A stretch of DNA of 64,000 nucleotides from Isurus oxyrinchus (Eukaryota), in contig JANJGN010000035.1 in NCBI GenBank assembly GCA_026770705.1, positions 7,564,001 to 7,628,000 on the forward strand, read 5' to 3'. This document shows positions 13,211 to 26,400 of this stretch, piece after piece (position 1 is the stretch's first letter; the number at the start of each line of letters is the position of its first letter). The translations under genes were made by a program, and so were the position numbers. The notes under the pieces were generated by a model, which saw only the letters and a list, made by a program, of their open reading frames with translations, did not search any database and was not told the origin of the DNA.

Positions 13211-15422
13211 CTCCCGGGGCTTAGGCTAAGTCAGCGTTAAGAACATTTTTTTTCTGTTCATTCTTATTTCTGTCGCCACAGGCCCTAAAGAGCTGCCAGT
13301 CACTCCATTGTCTCAGAAGCAGGACACGCACCCGAGTGATGGCGGGGTCACGCTTGAAGTCAATTAACTATCGAACAGGAAAAAAAAAATGGGAAAGCAA
13401 AATATTCAGTTGCTTTCCGTGCAAAATATTTGCATATTTTGTTCTATTTGAAACACGAGGACTATTCCACATGGTTATTAATAGCCCCCGGGCATGTTAA
13501 TTCCATTTGTTGCGCTTCTGACCAAACCGTTGCTCCTTTCCACAAAGATTCCCAATAACTTTCCTGTCTAATAAATCTTCCTTTCCATCAACCCTCACAA
13601 TAAACAAACACGTCGAGACTATTCCAACAAACTCCAGTGTGTTGCTGTACCAAGCATACCTGTAGTTCTGCGCCAGAATCAGCATTATGAATGGACATTT
13701 GCACAGATGAATGTCCCTCTTGATCTGTCCATTCACTCTCAACACCCCTGATTCATCTCAGGGAACTATCCATTCTCCCTCAAAATCCCTTTCTCATCTC
13801 AGGGCAACTTAAATGGCAAGGCATCAGATGCAACAAATATCATTTTGCACTCTCGATTTCGGACATAAGACATCCTTATCAACCATTACAAATTAACCAA
13901 CAATCAACGTGAACTTAAATATCATTTTCCTTTACCAGTTACACTAGTATGCGTGTTGTTCATATGTTGTCCGTTTTACAACTGGAGAATAAACACAGTT
14001 TGGTTGAAATATTCCTGGACACCTCAATCCATTCAGCAAGAGTACCCTGAGCTTCAAGTTTTTCTGAGATTTTTTTTTTTATCACCATTATTGTTCGTTG
14101 AATCTGTCATTGGTTTCTTACACTCTTCTACTGCTCCCAAATAAATGCTCAGGAACTGCACCGATCTTGCAATTCATCACTTTACATGATTCCTGACTCA
14201 GCATCTTGTTCAACATTTTGAGATCATAACCCCAGCCACAATATTTTAGAATAGGATCTGCAGTATTTTTTCTGGTACTTCCTACATAAAGTACATCTGA
14301 AACCATATTTTATTCTGCTAATGGTGTTCCATTAACAACCTATTTAGCATTAAACCATTACCCTGTTTGCCAATTTATCTCTCCAGCTTCCACATCCCAC
14401 AGAGGAAAGCTTTTGGAAACCTGTGCACACCCCACCTTTCCTCACTTCTGCACATGCAACTAAATGACTATTTACATTTTTGCATCTTGAATACTTAAGT
14501 CAATTTCCTCTGCATACGCTACTGATCTTCTGACTGTTAACAGCATTTAATGTTTTCATCCTGTATTTCAATAAAGCCAGGATTATTTCAGGGCACAATG
14601 TTTTAGGGCCTTTGTTCTATATGTCACTCGTTACCTGTTAGTGTGCATGCAGCACTACCGATGCAGATTTAGTCTGTCCATAAAATGTGATGTATTATCC
14701 CCTGACGTGTTTTTTTGACGCAAAAGTGGTGTAGAATCATTCTGTGCAGGGTGTATGCTATCACAAATCATCACTGTCCTAATTCGATTATAGTTGACCT
14801 GAGTGTTCAATGGGGAATTGCAGATGATATTTTAAAACTATAGGAAGCTCCTGTACATGAACTGGAGATAAAAAAAAAAAATAATATAAGTACTTGGACC
14901 TGTACATTTCATTTTTAAAAATTAAACAGGTTTATTAAACAAGATTTCCATTTTATAAAGCGATTTTGACATTATGCCATTATGCCAACTGTACTCCTAT
15001 TTAACTAAAATACCTGCTCCTTCAATCTCCTTAGTGAAGACGCACGAAGCAGCTATTGAGAACCCTGCTAAGTTTTCAGCATGTCGGCACAAGTTATCAT
15101 TTATGCCTCTGCTACCCTCCACCCATTCCATTGTTATTCTCTTGGTCCTAACGCTCTGGCAAAACAGTATGGGTTTTTCTTTGCTTTTACCAGACAACAT
15201 TTATTTCAAATTCTCACTACCTTCCCATTACCTTGTTTTTAGTTCTCGCCTGACGTTCCTCCACTCCCACTTCCCGAAAGTGAAAAATGATTAATTTGAC
15301 GGCCAACATGATCTGTGCAGGCTTGGGCGGCCAAAGGGCCTGTTCTTGTGCTGTACATTATTTTGTTCTTCTTTGTCACAGCTTCCCGTTGTTGAATACT
15401 AACCAAATGACAAAACCTAATA

Positions 15423-16049
15423 CTAAGGGGCCTGATTGTCCTCAGTAACTACGTGAACAGTTAACATTTCCACAGCCTGATGTGCGGCAATATCTGCAGC
15501 TCGGCCTCCACATAACTCTTTGCCAAGCTCGTAAATAAGCTGATCATACTACATATATGGTTGTTTTGGATTGCAATGGAAACGAAGAGCCCTCAATTTC
15601 TGCAGCAAAGGCACATCAACTGCCTTATCATCATCATTATGTTCATTAAATTTACTTTTCCGTAATTAATTTATAGTTCTCATGTTCAGCTAACTCCCGT
15701 AACACTGTGGGCTAAACAGAACTCAATGCAGACTATATTTTTCATGTAGTTCGAGAGATGTAACAGGGGTAACACATTGCCTCTATCAAGATAATTAACA
15801 GCAAGGGGATTAGAATCTGAGGAGTAAAGATGGCTCATACAGAGGTGATTCCTGAAAGCAATTCTGGACACAATCTTTATGAAAAACCTGGGCAATATTC
15901 GCCAGTACATTTTGTACAATATAGGTCAATAAAAAAAAAAAAACGTCCAATCAAAGTATTTGTTCGGCAAGTGAGCAGTGTGCTTTGGAAAAAAAAGCGG
16001 TACAATAAGTATACTTTTAATTCTGTTACTGACTGGGAAATCCGGTTCA
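15423..16049 (-). pseudogene. Terminal exon encoding a decayed SEFIR/TIR domain
   Basis: After acceptor ttcattcag: VNRISQSVTELKVYLLY...IVQNVLANIAQVFHKDC...YLDRGNVLPLLHLSNYMK...VLRELAEHENYKLIT...DVPLLQKLRALRF..PKQPYM*YDQLIYELGKEL...*. The box order matches SEFIR (RKVFIIYS, VVLKFAQFL..C, F.PV.F, DVP). At least three frameshifts and one in-frame stop. Confidence 0.65.
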
Positions 16050-16249
16050 CTGAATGAAATTGTCTTATCGTATACATTTCAAAGATGTCTGAACGTGTTA
16101 CATTGTCATAGAGATAGAATAATCCTGAAAATTAGTAAAGTTAACCGAGATATGAAAACAAAGTCAAAGCAGAACACCTATTAATTCAGATAGTTCACTG
16201 CCTAGATAATTCAGGACATTTTTTTTTTCCAAACATCAACTGAACTTAA

Positions 16250-16350
16250 TCCTTTTCCCTTGCAATCTGTTTTGATTTATGTTCTGTTTATGATCAAAAT
16301 TACAGTGAGGGTATAGACTAATTCCTAGCACAGTATTATGTTTCGCTTTG
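16250..16350 (-). pseudogene. Transmembrane-like exon of the IL-17R-like pseudogene
   Basis: Acceptor ctgtag. It reads HNTVLGISLY/LTVILII..KGK across a frameshift. The donor appears mutated to ttaagt. Confidence 0.5.
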
Positions 16351-16769
16351 CTACAGATTAAATCGAAGGTTGAAGTAACGATGGCAATATGATAACACGT
16401 TCCATACAAAGCAATAAATGTTGCTGTGAAATAGCAAATTGTAAACAAAAATAACATTCTATTTTAAAATTACCTATTTGGTGCTGTTTTCTGCACAGAT
16501 TGCTGTGTGCACATGAGACTGAAGGTAGTTTTTTAAAAAAATAATCGATTTGGCAATACTGACGTTTAACAAGGGTGCATTCCGTGAACTGCAGAAAGCT
16601 TAACACTGGCTTAAACAAATAAATTGAAATTGACATCAAAACTATAGAACAAAGTAAGAGTTGGCATTTACTGAGGGCAATTATGTTTTTATATACTGGA
16701 GGGGAACTATCGCTGGTAATCAGTGCAGCAGTTCATTGTCCTTCAACAGTTTAGGCCTTCCTTTTAATT

Positions 16770-17070
16770 CATTGGTGTGATATGGGCGCCGCTGGCAGGC
16801 CCAGCATTAATTGCCCTTCTGGAACTGCCAATTGGAATGTGGTAGTGAATTACCTTTTTCAACAGCTAAAGTACATGTAGTGTAGATACATCCACAGTGT
16901 CTGTTAAGAACGGTGTTCCAGGCTTTTGAACAACTGGCAGTGAGGAAAAGCTGAAATATTTCCAATTCACTGTATTGAGTGGCAGTGAGGGATTCTTCCA
17001 GGTGGTGTTTTCGCCATGTTTCTACTGCCCATGTCCTTCTAGAGCATAGCGGCTGTGGGTTCTTTTTTTT
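16770..17070 (-). mobile_element. 3' end of CR1/L2-like LINE (or related SINE)
   Basis: gatatgggcgccgctggcaggcccagcattaattgccctt... parallels the end of the element at 10855-10900. Confidence 0.65.
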
Positions 17071-17689
17071 TAAGAAAAACATATTGGAAATAAGCTTAAA
17101 GTCATTGATCAGATATCATATTTTTGCATAAATAAGTAACTATTAGTTTCATGAGGTGGCGCAAAATTGATGATATTCAATCGGCCAGCAGTTGCATTTT
17201 GCGTCTGACACGAATTTAACTGAAAATAATTAAATATTCGTCAACTTGTAGAAAGTGTCGCCGAAAGGACAATACCCGTTTAACGACAGAGCGAGAGACA
17301 AATGTACACCCTTTGTATACATATCCATGTGTTAATGACCTTAAAGAAGGGGGAGAGACGTCGAAGTCACAGCAGAGGCCACAGAGGAAAGCGGGTAATG
17401 TTAGAGTTACAATGCAGCTGAAAGGGGCCGCATTGAGCGAGAGTCGTTGAGATCCAGCTGCGATATCCATTTGAATGATTTTCAGAGCGCACAGTTTGAA
17501 CCCAGTTTAATCGTATGACATCACAGGGAAGCTGGTAGCTTATTGTTGAATGAAGATTTTCTATGCATCTTCTCTGAGCTCCTAAATTTCAGTCGGGTAA
17601 GTGGAACGTATTTTCAATAACAAGATTATAAGCACAAGCAGGAATAGACTCATTTATTAAAGAAAAACTCAATAGTTGCTTCAAACACA

Positions 17690-18700
17690 TAAAGTATCGC
17701 CGGCCAGGTGATGTGTTCTGACATCAGTATGCGGATTCACGAGGATTACTAAGTGATACGGGTCAACAAATTCTGAAATAAGCTTCTGAGGCTTAAGGAT
17801 ATTTGGCTCAGGCCTATTGAGGTGGAAAAAAAAGAGCTACCAAAACTGTAATTATGCAGGGAGGGTGAACGCTACCAGGGCAATTTAATTCAGGACACAG
17901 TCTCAACTATCAGACTTGAGATTTTGGAATTGCCGTATGGCCAGGGAAAGTTAGCTGTAACTGTGAAAGAGGCATGTACGTAAAACCAACAGGTACTAGT
18001 TGTGGGAGTTCAGCCATTACATTTGCACAAGTTCAAGATTCTTGTGACTTGCATGGGTGAGAGCGAAGTGGGTTTCGGGGGAGTCTATGGAGGGGGGGGG
18101 GGGGAATGGGGGCGAGTGCAGATGGCGCCGGGATGATGACCATTCTGGCCATGACTTGGTGCTAATTGAAGAAAATTTTTGTCGTGGAGGCAGTATAGTC
18201 AATGGAATTGGAACAGTTTTGTGTAGCTGACAAAGAGAGACCAGACATAGCGATGCCTATCCATTGCCAGCGTTCCGAACTTCTGTTTGAGGCTAAGAAG
18301 TTGCATGCAACGGGATTTGAAGCATTCAATTGATGTAGGTAACGTAGGTACAGGGAACATGGATCACACTGGGTAAGAGGTTCTGAATTGGGGGTGTGAA
18401 TAGATGAGGCAAATTTCAGTAAAACCTTCTCAAATGCTATAAATTCTTAAATGTTACCTGAGTCAGAAGAAAATTCAGACGATCAATGAGATCAGACAGT
18501 TGAAATAATTTAGCAATGATAACTGTGGATCCAATAGACTTTGATTCTTGGGATACTGGCACCAATACGGGAGAAATTGGGAGCTGTACCACTGTGTCAT
18601 TCTTCAGCTTAACCGGGCTGGACCCAGTCTCCCCGTGAGTCTTACAACCGGGAAGCCAAACATTGTTTATACAAAAAATGGTAGAGCGGTTTTGCTGGGC
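17690..18700 (+). mobile_element. CR1 ORF1 (SGNH/GDSL esterase-like) remnant
   Basis: ~18180-18290 translates like VVGDSIVRGID..C...R...CLPGA, followed by a decayed WHQYG..WELY..LHLN.AG motif. Confidence 0.7.
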
Positions 18701-19329
18701 GACTTTCACGTGAGGGCAAATGTGGTAACTCAAAGGAAAAGGACAACGTAAGGCAGCGAGATTGTCATAACTGTATTTAGAACAAAAAATTGAGGAGGAA
18801 GGGGCTGTACGTAGAAAGGTACGATTGCAACAAAAAGATTTGCAGAAACCAAGCAAAAACAGAACTAGGGGATGTGCAAATGACTGCTCATGCCATTGCG
18901 ACCTTAACAATTTGCATGTTTTTTGGAAAGACGGAATTCAGAATGTTTAAGAAGCTGAAAGTGTGTATTCCTTATTTCAAGCCTTCAGCTGAGTGGCATC
19001 AGCGTATCAAAGGCGTTGAAAATGTCACTTTACCAGCAGGTGTATATACACAGCAGTTTCAGAGACAGTTGGAGTTGTTGCGTAACCCATTGCCTTGGTG
19101 TTATTTTTGGGCGTCGTCCTCCACAGACACAATGTAAACCTTCCTTTGTAAAAGCACACCTATCATATATGCACAAATAAGCAAGCAAAATGATCCGTCC
19201 AAAGTTCTCGTTGGAAATGTACAGCAAGATATAAAATAACTTCAACAGTTTAAATGTAGCAACATCCTTCTAGCCCTTCATAAAGCACATCGACATTTTA
19301 ACTCAATTCATTAACCCATACTGGAGGCT

Positions 19330-21800
19330 GAATATTCAATGTAATTTGCATTTTGGAAAGACAGGAAAGAAGAAAAGAACTTTTTGGAGTTGATCCCCTA
19401 ATTAATTATGACATTAATGCAGTAGGAATGGATCAACTTAGTTCTCAAGATCAACATGAAGAATCAGTTTGCGGTAGCAATAAAAAAAACAAAGTGAAAG
19501 ATTTATTTCTGGGCTTAATTTTAGGTTGTTTAGCAACTGTAAGAATGGGTACCTTGAAATAGATTATTGGAGCTTCTCAGAAAGGAAATGGAATTACCAT
19601 GGTTTAAAAAATAAAGGAACCTGCATTAAAATAGACATACAGATTGGCAAACTTAAATAAGAGGATAAGTTCACGGTTCGGTTTTTAGAAAAGTTATTGG
19701 AGCAGTACGATAAGCTGTAAATCAGAGAGTCAGATATTCCGGACCTTGTGATGGGCATTTAGGCAGGTGTGCCTAATGAACCCAGAATAGTCATAACATG
19801 ACGAAATGTCTTGTTTAATTTTATGGAAGAAAGGACAGGGTCTAAGGCTAGTGTTTTAAACTTATTCGAGGCCAATAAAAGGCTAAGAAGACTAAAGAGA
19901 ACTGCGAAAATAGATTAACTTGTAGGTCAATAGAAATCTAGTGATAGTCATTTGACTGAATTACTTTAATGTTCATTAAGGTATATGCCATTGAAAAATA
20001 AATATTATTTGGAATATAGCCAATGTAACTCCGCTATTCAAAAATTGAAGGAGACAGAAAACAGTGACCCATTGCACAGCTAGCCAAATATCTGCCACTG
20101 GGAAAACTAAAAGCAAATGCGAAGGAGTTTATAGCCTGGAACTTGGAACATCCTAATGGATTCATCCCGGGCAAAAGGGTTTTATTAAAGCAATATCATG
20201 TTTTTTGCAATTCATTTGAGTCCTTTGAGGAAGTAAGAATTATTGCAGTTAAAGGGCACGTGTGATCTGATGAACATCGATTTCCAAAAGGAAATTGAAT
20301 TTATGCCCCCTCAAACTCCAGTACAAATAAAAAGAGGTCATGGGTAAGGGGGAAATATATTATTCTTGGCAGGGAGTAACTATTGTCATTGAAAACATTG
20401 GAATGCTGCGGGGTTAAGTAATTTGCTCTCAAGTATTTACATTATCCATTAATGACATGGATGTAGGGAGAGGATGTTTCCTAGCCAAATGTGAATTTAT
20501 TACTAAGGTAGGTAGCAAAACACGTTGCCAGCAGCATTTTGAATTTGCAAAGGGACAGGTGCAAGGAATGAACAGATATTTGGCAGATAGGACATAATGT
20601 GAAAATATGAACATTTTCATTTTCACAGAGAATGCAAAAGCAGAATACTATTTATCTGGATAGAGATGGTACAAGTCAATTATGTAGAAGGAACAGGGTG
20701 TGCTGTTAGATGAATCACAGAAATCTTAGTGCATATATACAATTGAGTGGAAGGCAAATGGAATGACGTAATTTACTGCGAGTGGAATAAAATAGAAAAT
20801 TAAGATAAGTTTAACTGCAACTGTAGAGTGCCTGGGTTGGGTCGCATCTGAAAATGTGTCTATCGTTTTTGCAATTAAAAAAAAAGCAGATGTGTCGAAG
20901 TTTTATTTAGAATGGCGGGGGTTCCCGTCCCCAATGCGACAAATTGGCAGAGTGCGCATCCTACCAAAACTGACTGCCCCTCAGCGAATTTTTGCTCCAA
21001 TGTGCCTTAACCGGCTGCAGGTGGGAACACTGCTCTCAGTCGGGAGGCAGTTTACATTAAAGATGCCGGACATCCTGAAACGCCCTGTTCCGACATGGGC
21101 AGAGGCTGCCAGGGAGAGGATTGGGAATGCATGCCGTCGCTGGAGCCTTATTTCTGGGCTTACATGAACAGATATTGTTTGTTTGTCTAAGGGCGGGGAT
21201 GGAATTCGGGGGCCTTCGGTGTTTTTGAAGGGGTGCTTGGCCGAGGTGTAGGGGCGGAGGGATGCTTGGTGTTAACTTGACCGAAAGGAGTTTGCACCCA
21301 ATATTAAAAGCAATTTTTTGAAGAAGACCTCGCCCAACTCCACCATCACCAACTGCTGCCTAAATATTTTAGGGTGTGCATAAAACCCCTGAAGTCCCCT
21401 GGCGAGCCTGAAAATTGAGAGCCTGTGAGACCAGCATTAAGTATTCAGGATATTGGCCACTTTAGGACGTCAGTTGGGGCAAGGCCGAAACCGCACCAGC
21501 GCATGAATAAAATTGCCCAAAACTCGGGGTGGGCAGGAATCTAGCGGGAATTCCAATCGAGGAAATTGGCGATCAGTCCAGCATGAAAAACAGCCGGAAA
21601 GGCAGCTTATGAAAGGGGATGTAATTGTGTTCGGAGTAGTTCAGATATTGTGTATTCGACTTAGTGCTAGGATAGGAGTCGTATATTATGCAAAAATGAT
21701 GAACAGGCTTGGCCTCTATACGTTGGAGTTGAGAGGAACATAAGTGACGTTATTAAATAATCTAAGAACCTAAGTGTACCTCACAGTATAGAAACGGTGA
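19330..21800 (+). mobile_element. Highly degenerate CR1 ORF2, interrupted by an insertion at ~20900-21600
   Basis: Decayed EN-RT motifs (QHGF-K-KSC at ~20170-20200, DFQK at ~20275). The element resumes at ~21610 with RLGLYTLELR. Confidence 0.7.
20900..21600. mobile_element. GC-rich non-autonomous DNA transposon (Harbinger/MITE-like)
   Basis: An abrupt GC-rich block inside the CR1 C-terminal coding region. Its ends resemble chondrichthyan Harbinger-derived elements. Confidence 0.45.
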
Positions 21801-21809
21801 GGACACAGA

Positions 21810-24800
21810 AAAACAGAAGTTTAACAGCACATAAGGAGGCCATTCGGCCAAGCGCATCGGCACCGGATCTCTAAGTGAGCATAATGACCTTGTGCCATTG
21901 TCCTGCCTTTTATCTGTATACCTGCGCATTGTTTATTCACAAGTGAGCAGCAAACAACCTCTTGAATGCAATGATTCGACGTGCTTGAACCACGTTTCCA
22001 AGCATTGAATTCCAGACCAGACTCCTTCGTTGTGTGAAAAAATATGCTTTTCTCACACCACATTTGTTTCTTTTGCAAATCACTTTAAATCTGAACCCTC
22101 TCTCTTTTCATTATTTACGAGCGGCAACAGCTTCACCTTACTGGCTCTGTCCAGATCCCACATCATTTTGAAGATATCTATAAAATCTCATCTAAGTGTT
22201 CTGCTTTCCAAAGAGAACAATCCCAATGTACCCAATCTCTCCCCATAGCCGAAATTTTTCATTGCTGGAAACATGCCTGTAAGCCTCATGTGGACTGTCT
22301 TCAAAATGTTCATGTCTTTCCTCTAAATTGGCGCCCAGGATTGAGCACAATATTCCAGCTAACATCTAACCAGTTCTTTATATAAATGTACGTTAATCTC
22401 CCGTCTCTTGTATGCTATTAGCCAATTAATAAAGCCCAGGGTAGTTAATGCTTTATATGAACATCAGAACTAGGAGCATGAGTAGGCAGTTCAGCCCCTT
22501 AAGCCCGGCCCCCAATTAATTTTGATTATGGTTTATTTCATTTCTGACTCAACTCCAATTTCCAGTCCTCCCCCCATAACCCTTCAACAAATTATTAACT
22601 AAAAACTTGTCTATCTCCTGCTTACATTTATTCAGCGTTCCACGTCCACTACACTCTGTGGTAGTGAATTCGATAGATTTAAGACTATTTGAGAAAAGTA
22701 ATTGTTCCTCATCTCTGATTTAAATCTACCACCTTATAGCTTAAATATATGGCCTCTTGTTCTAGAATGCCCCAGAAGGGCATCCACCCCACATTTCCTT
22801 TGTCGATCTCGTTAATCATCTTGTATACCTCAAATATATCTCCCCTCATGTTTTTAAATTCGCGTGAATATAGGCCTAAACTGCTCAATGTCTCCACATA
22901 AGACAAGCCCCGCATTCTATTGAATCAATCAAATGAACCTCCTCTGATCAGCCTCCAATATGACTCCATCCCTACTCAGGTAAGAGGGCCAAAACTGTGT
23001 GGAGTACTCCTGGTGCGGTCTCGCCAATGCCTTGTACAGTTGTAACAACAATTCCCTATTTTCATACTCAATTCATTTAGCAATAAATGCCAAAATTCCA
23101 TTTGCCTTCCTTATTATCTGCAGTATCTGCATCTTAACTTTCTGCGAATCATGCATGAGGACAACGATATACCTCTGCTCTGAAGTGTTCTGAAGTTTTC
23201 TCTCCATTTAAATTATCAGTCAACTTTTTATTCTTCCGACCAAAATGAATAATGTTACACTTATCAAAGTTAATCTCCATCTGCCAAATTTTTGCCCCTT
23301 CACCCAACTGCCCATGTCCATTCGCAGATTTCTTATTTCTTCATTGCAATTTGCTTTCCCACCCAATTTGGTTCCATCTGCAAACTTAGCTTCAGCTCCT
23401 TCTCGCCCTGAATCCAATTCGTTAACATAGATTGGAAAAAGTTGGAGCCCAAAGGTCAAGCTCTATGTCACCCCACTTGGCACCGCTTGACATCCCGAAA
23501 AAATCCCATTCATTTCGCCTTTCTGCTTTCTGGTGGTTAGCCAAATCCTCTGTGTAAATTATCTAAATTAAAATTATTGCAAGAATTTTTTATGAACATT
23601 ATTTTATGAATGTGTTTATGAACTGCTCTCTCAACCAGTCCGGCAAACTTCAATGATCTGCACAATTATACAGCGATGTATTTTTGCTCCTCTACCCTCT
23701 TGAAATGTTACCTTTTATTTTACTTTGCCATTCCATGTTCCACCTAACACAAAGCAGCACATCACGCTTATCTGCATTGACCTTAATCTGCCAAGTACCT
23801 GCCCACTCCACCACTTGTCTATATTGTTTGGAAGCTCAATTCTGTCACGAAAAGCTATGGATGCAATATCAAATCCTGCAGAACTCCACAAATAACCTTC
23901 CTCCAACACGGAAAATATCTATTGACCATTACACTTTGCTTCCTATTTTTCTGCTAAAGTCCCTTCTATTCCATGAGCAATAATTATTCTCACATTTTGT
24001 TGCATGGCACTGTAGCAAGCGCCTTTTGAAGATCCATTTGCACCTCTCTAAGTCCATTATCCTCATCGATTTTTTCAGCTACGTCTTCAAAACCTCGGGT
24101 ATGCTAGTTAAATAACAGTTTCCCTTTTGAGTTCCATGCTGGCACTTCCTAAGCAACCCATATTATTCCAAAATCACAAATGACTGTTTCAAGAAATCTT
24201 GTCCAAGACAGAAGTTAAACTCGTTGGCCTTTAATTGCTTGGCTTAACCTAGCATACATCTTTAAGCAAGGATTAGTGTTTGCAGTTCTCCAGTCCTTTG
24301 GCAACTCCACTGAGTCAAAGGAAGATTGAAAGATTATGGCCAGTGCCCGTGCAAATACCAATCTCAGATCACCCTATATTGTTGTTTGCAACACACCCGG
24401 TCCTGCTACATGGTTAGTCTATTCAGCATTTCCTCCTTAACGATTTGGAATCCTTCTGATGACATAGTTTCCACGTCTGGCACCATGGCGTGGTGAGAAT
24501 GTAACCCCTTGTTAAAGACAATTGCATAGTGCTCATTTGATGCTGCAGTCATCGTTCGTTTGTGCATGTGCAAATGTTGTTTTTGATCCCTAATTGGCCC
24601 CACTCCTCCTTTTCACAACTTATTACTGTTTAAATGCCTACAGAAGATTATGTTGGCTCCATCTCATAATCCCTCTTCGTCTCTGTATTCTATGTTTCCA
24701 TGTCTGCACTGAACCTTCTGTATCGCTGCTGGTTCTTAATCCTATTTTCTATCTGACATCGTTATAAGTGCACCTTTCATTCCTGACCTGAAAAAGAACA

Positions 24801-26400
24801 TCAATTTTCATCTAGGAAGATCGGCATTTGTTCGTCAAACCTTTCATTTCATTAGAATATACCTTGACTGTGCCCGGAACAATTCTATTTTGTTTTGTTC
24901 CAGTCTATCTGGACTACCGTCCATTTCTACCATAGCACTAAAATGAAGACTACAATGAGCACTGTCTCCTCAATGCTCCTCCACTGACATTTGATCCAAT
25001 TCACCAGCCAGATGTCAAAGAACCTAGTCCAACAATTTGTCTTTTTACTTTTTGGATAGGGTATGTGCTTCTGTTGAACATTCTTCTGAACACAATCTAG
25101 GACATTTTAATTCTCTCCATCATTTAAACAACCTCTGCCCTCGTCTACATTCGTGTAATTAAAATCACCCATTGTGTCTACTCTATAATACATGTATCTC
25201 GCTGTAATTTATCTGCAGACCTGGTGTTCTGTGCCATATTCACTCTTTGGTTGTCTCGAGAGTATAATGGGCAATGTTTTGCATGTTTACTGTTCCTCAG
25301 CTCAATCAAGTCGATATTGTCCTTGAACGGTCTGGGATATCCTCCTTCTCCTGCACTGCAATGCATTCCTTTCCCAATAACGCCATTCTCTTTCCTTCAT
25401 TTCCTATGCTTTCGGAACAACTTGTAACCAGGAATATCACACCCAGTTCTAGCCGTTCTTCAGCCAGGACACTGTTATCGCCAAAACAGCCTATACTCAC
25501 GAGACAATCCGCACCTCTAGCTCCCAAAAATAATTTCTCCCCCGTGAATTCACGTGCATGCATATTAACCATGAGTTAAATTTTGTTTATTTCTCCCATA
25601 CCCTGGCTTTATTTATTATCCTGCTTTTGTCTGAAAGAGTGCTACCTGTCCTGTCCAGTATTTTGTGCACCCTGGTATTTTGATCTACTATTTCCTCTTA
25701 GCTCCATCACCACTGCTGCGTGATTTGTGAACGCTCCCAAAACCACTAGCAAAAGGCCCACAAGGTACTCCAACCCAGCGTTATTCAGGTGCAGACCATC
25801 AGACTTCAACAGATTCCTTCTCCCCCATTTCCAGTCCCAGTGTGCAAGGGATCTAAAAACATTCCCCTCCTGCTCCATCTTTCCAGCCAGTCATTCATTT
25901 GCCGTATCCTCCTATTTCTGTTCTTATTGGCACAAGGCACTGGAATTCACCTGGTGATCAATACAATTGAGTTAATAGTTGCTAAGTTCCTGGCTACCAA
26001 AAATATGATTGCAGGTCCAAATCCCCCTTCCGACCATATAACTTTTCCCATTGTAGATCCCGACCTTAGCGCTGAGCCCCACACCACCCCCCAACACCCC
26101 CACCCTGCAGAATGTCCTGCAGCCGCTCCATGACATTCTTGACTTTGGCTGCAGGGAGGCAACTTTACACCCTGGAGTAACGCCCTCCACCAAAGAAATG
26201 CTAGCCTGCTCAATTAACCAATGAATCCAACATTGTTGTTGCTATTCATTTTTTTATCCTCCCCTCCTGTACAGCCAAGCCGCGAGTGGTGCCACAAACG
26301 TGGGCCTGACTGCACTGGACTGAGGAACAGAAAACCGATTTCCGAGCGGACCCCAGGGCGCTCCTTCACGATTTATCTACATCTTTTTGGAATTCATCGC
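21810..26400 (-). mobile_element. Near full-length CR1 LINE (ORF1-EN-RT-3' end) with a nested CR1
   Basis: ORF1 motif FRSLAHWDWKWGRRNLLKSDGLHLN at 25642-25878; EN/RT fragments at 23600-25500; 3' UTR at 21810-21900. Confidence 0.88.
22460..23550 (-). mobile_element. 5'-truncated CR1 inserted into the older CR1
   Basis: ORFs read IYVNELDSG..AKFADGTKLGG and MRGLSYVETLSSLGLYS..RGDIFEVYKMI. It has its own 3' tail at 22460-22520. Confidence 0.9.

Noticed and set aside
18437-18910. 157-aa minus-strand ORF
   Set aside because: Antisense to the CR1 ORF1 region, with no domain signal.
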